Below are positions 61,558 through 64,000 of a DNA stretch of 64,000 bases, piece after piece. The stretch comes from Nitrosopumilaceae archaeon. Its GTDB lineage: Archaea > Thermoproteota > Nitrososphaeria > Nitrososphaerales > Nitrosopumilaceae. The stretch is taken from the NCBI GenBank assembly GCA_965208905.1, contig OZ242365.1:1952001-2016000 (forward strand), written 5' to 3'. Position 1 is the first letter of the stretch; the number at the start of each line of letters is the position of its first letter. The position numbers and the translations under genes were made by a program. A model generated the notes under the pieces. That model searched no databases and was not told the origin of the DNA. It saw only the letters and a program-made list of their open reading frames with translations.

Positions 61558-62352
61558 GTGTGGGAATTAAAGTGTGTAAAATGCCATAATGTATTGATCG
61601 CGCGCCATACATCAGACTTTTTGTTGTGTGATCATTGCCATACATTATACCCCATAATATCTGGTATCCCCATTTTAATAGACAATCTAACGTCTTACTT
61701 ATCAAGCAGACATTCGGTGGGCCTACAGATGATGCGACTATGTACGGGAGATACTCAAAGATTTATTGCCAAATGTATGCCAGCGGACTGCCAAGACAAC
61801 ATGGGCGCCGCAGAACGCCGCTGGGCGGCAATATACGCGGCCAACTCGACATCAAGTATGTACAAGATAATTCTAAAACATATACCAAAAGGATTCAGCA
61901 TACTAGAGATGGGGTGCTCGGCCGGTAACCTACAGCACGATAATATGTTGATGGGGGTCGACATGTCGTTTCCTGCTTTGACATACGCAAAGAGAAAGTC
62001 TCCAAACGTCAGATATGTACTGGCAGATATCAGTCAGGGCAGGTTTAGTACACATGATGTTGTGGTTGCACTCAACATGCTAGATGTGGTGGAGCCACAC
62101 GTGCTGCTGAAGAGTATGATATCACATGCAACAAGATATATCGTGCTGTCTGACCCGTACGACTATAGCCGGGGAGAGAGTACTGTAAAAACACCCATGG
62201 ACAGCATTACTATACGGGAGCATATACAACACTTGGGCTTTCAGATTTCAGATGATACTGCGCAACCATCATTTGTACCATGGGAGATACGCATCAACTC
62301 CCGCACATCGGTCAGATATCTTGTAGACATCATAGTAGCAAAAAGAGTATAA
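61558..62352 (+). CDS. SAM-dependent methyltransferase with an N-terminal Trm112-like Zn ribbon
   Basis: CVKC..CDHC.YPIISGIP; LEMGCSAG, GVDMS. Confidence 0.85.
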   Translation: MWELKCVKCHNVLIARHTSDFLLCDHCHTLYPIISGIPILIDNLTSYLSSRHSVGLQMMRLCTGDTQRFIAKCMPADCQDNMGAAERRWAAIYAANSTSSMYKIILKHIPKGFSILEMGCSAGNLQHDNMLMGVDMSFPALTYAKRKSPNVRYVLADISQGRFSTHDVVVALNMLDVVEPHVLLKSMISHATRYIVLSDPYDYSRGESTVKTPMDSITIREHIQHLGFQISDDTAQPSFVPWEIRINSRTSVRYLVDIIVAKRV

Positions 62353-62459
62353 TGCCGGGGGCGGGTTTCGAACCCGCGACCTCCAGATTATGAGTTTTAC
62401 CTTTGGAGGGGAGTTCTTGACACCAAACTGGCACTCTAACCAGGCTGAGCTACCCCGGC
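62353..62459 (-). tRNA. elongator tRNA-Met(CAT) with a 32-nt intron at a non-canonical position (about 62396-62427)
   Basis: GCCGGGG/CCCCGGC acceptor stem; removing the intron restores CCAGA-CTCATAA-TCTGG; GGTTCGAAACC T-loop. Confidence 0.88.
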
Positions 62460-62685
62460 ACTACATTATGTGTATTATAACAGAAATTAAATGATTCTTT
62501 TTTGGTACGCATCAGGGGCCGATAACCCAGACATTCAAAGGCAAGCACGCATGCTGATAGTATTCCAGCACAGACATGCATACTGTACAAAGAATGCAGG
62601 TATGGTCTGACTGTAGATAGAATGTACGGCGTTTTTGATGTATAGTTTGGATGTCCATCAAACAATACTGCATTATAGAAACACA

Positions 62686-64000
62686 TCAGTCTGCATTATA
62701 CACGCCACTCTTTACTTGACGCCAAGATGTCTTCTCCTTTCCAACCCACAAAAACTTCTTTTGTAATGCAGTTGTGTACATCCTCTCCCATTCCATACTC
62801 ATCTCATCGGTCCAGGCCTTTAGAATTCGTGGGTCGATATAGTTGCGGAGTGATGTTCCAAGGTTATAGTCCTTGGTGTTTTGTGTCAAATTGATCAGGA
62901 GAGACTGTTTCTCCACACGTTCGCTGTGTTTTTGTCTTCTCTGTTTTATTAGTGCGCGAAGGCGTTTGAGTCGCTCACGCCGCCTCTGTTTCTGTTTTTC
63001 AGTCTTTGGATTGGCGGCTTTTATCTTTTTTATGGTTTCTTCAGTCTTTGCCCAGGTATTTTGTGCTTTTATTTTTTTAAGGTTGTCTTTCTTCTTCTGC
63101 AGAGACTGGTTGAACGTCTTTGGGATGGCCCGCTTGTGGTTACACCGTATGGCCGCTTGCAGATTTGCCATCTTAGCATGGTATAGTTTTTTGGGTGCAG
63201 ATGCCTTTTTCAGATCATCGTGTTCAGATAGATATTTGGCGACTACTCTTGTGGCCAGATATGTCCTGAATACCTTGGCGGTAACACCATCTATCACACC
63301 CGAGAGATACTTGTTTACTGTCTGGGATTTGATTCCATCAAATATTTCATCAGTTTCTTTTTTATTGCTAATTAAATCCAGTAGATTATCCTTGAACTGT
63401 ACCTCATGGTCTTTTAATAAAATCGTCTCTTGCCAGCGGACACTATCCTTACCTAGAAAATCTAATTTTATTGTATTTTTATCTATTTTGACATGTTCTT
63501 TACGCAGTGTAGTTGCCCCTACGGTATCGGCCTCTTCTTCGTTCTTTTCGTCCCCTACCCGCATGGCAGTACGATATATCAGATAACATACAGTGGCTAT
63601 CTTTGACTTTTTTTTGTCAGACATGTCACGGTATAATGACTCTTTTATTTTATCAATATTATTTGCCAGCATTATTGCTTTCTCATACTTTACTTTGTCC
63701 ATATTCTGTTTCTGTTTTGATGTGTCAGCTAACCAAACATACTTTGTCTTGCCAGTCAATTTGTCTGTCCATTTTGCCACCCAGACACCACTACGTTCAT
63801 GTACAATCCCACCCCAATCACCAGGTGGCAATTTGGCTTTTTTGTCTAGATTTAAAGTTACATCCTTCTGTGATATTCGGGGTTTCCATTTGCCTCGGAA
63901 AGGATGCTTCCCCCGACCAATAAATATTCCCGGCGGCTCAGCCATATAATTTCCCAGTTCCACCTCCTCGCCATCTATGACTGCCGTTCCATACTTTTGT
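62686..64000 (-). CDS. DNA topoisomerase IB (5' end beyond the window)
   Basis: EPPGIFIGRG.HP, MRVGDEK, DTVGATTLR, FLGKDSV, TAKVFRTY, CNH, catalytic TSLRNYIDPR; frame open to the window edge. Confidence 0.96.
   Translation of the reverse strand, partial: QKYGTAVIDGEEVELGNYMAEPPGIFIGRGKHPFRGKWKPRISQKDVTLNLDKKAKLPPGDWGGIVHERSGVWVAKWTDKLTGKTKYVWLADTSKQKQNMDKVKYEKAIMLANNIDKIKESLYRDMSDKKKSKIATVCYLIYRTAMRVGDEKNEEEADTVGATTLRKEHVKIDKNTIKLDFLGKDSVRWQETILLKDHEVQFKDNLLDLISNKKETDEIFDGIKSQTVNKYLSGVIDGVTAKVFRTYLATRVVAKYLSEHDDLKKASAPKKLYHAKMANLQAAIRCNHKRAIPKTFNQSLQKKKDNLKKIKAQNTWAKTEETIKKIKAANPKTEKQKQRRRERLKRLRALIKQRRQKHSERVEKQSLLINLTQNTKDYNLGTSLRNYIDPRILKAWTDEMSMEWERMYTTALQKKFLWVGKEKTSWRQVKSGVYNAD

Overview
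Archaeal DNA from a Nitrososphaerota (Thaumarchaeota, Nitrosopumilaceae-like) genome. Markers are a type IB topoisomerase, an RPC34/TFE-beta homologue, nop5-fibrillarin, aRF1, rpl21e-rpoF-DUF655-ksgA, a CFI-box-CTERM protein and an intron-containing tRNA-Met. IS proliferation, pseudogenes, a TPR protein and a secreted matrixin suggest (by inference) a host-associated lineage. Housekeeping genes are interrupted by three mobile or accessory features. (1) A tnpB-only element at 20622-23197 is, unusually, bounded by perfect 23-bp terminal inverted repeats and a 9-10-bp target duplication, and it is disrupted by a nonsense codon and one of two apparently identical IS630 copies. A diverged, structurally conserved copy of its omegaRNA-like right end lies at 2395-2520. 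(2) A TIR-bounded 712-bp element carries only a PIN-domain gene. (3) A ~15.8-kb decayed island is integrated at the 3' end of tRNA-Ser(GCT). It carries a Fic protein, a two-methyltransferase (NPPF + NPPY) type I R-M system, an IS5 pseudogene, an OLD-family ATPase-TOPRIM nuclease and a cas-less two-repeat CRISPR-like unit. All calls come from reading the sequence; no database searches were run.
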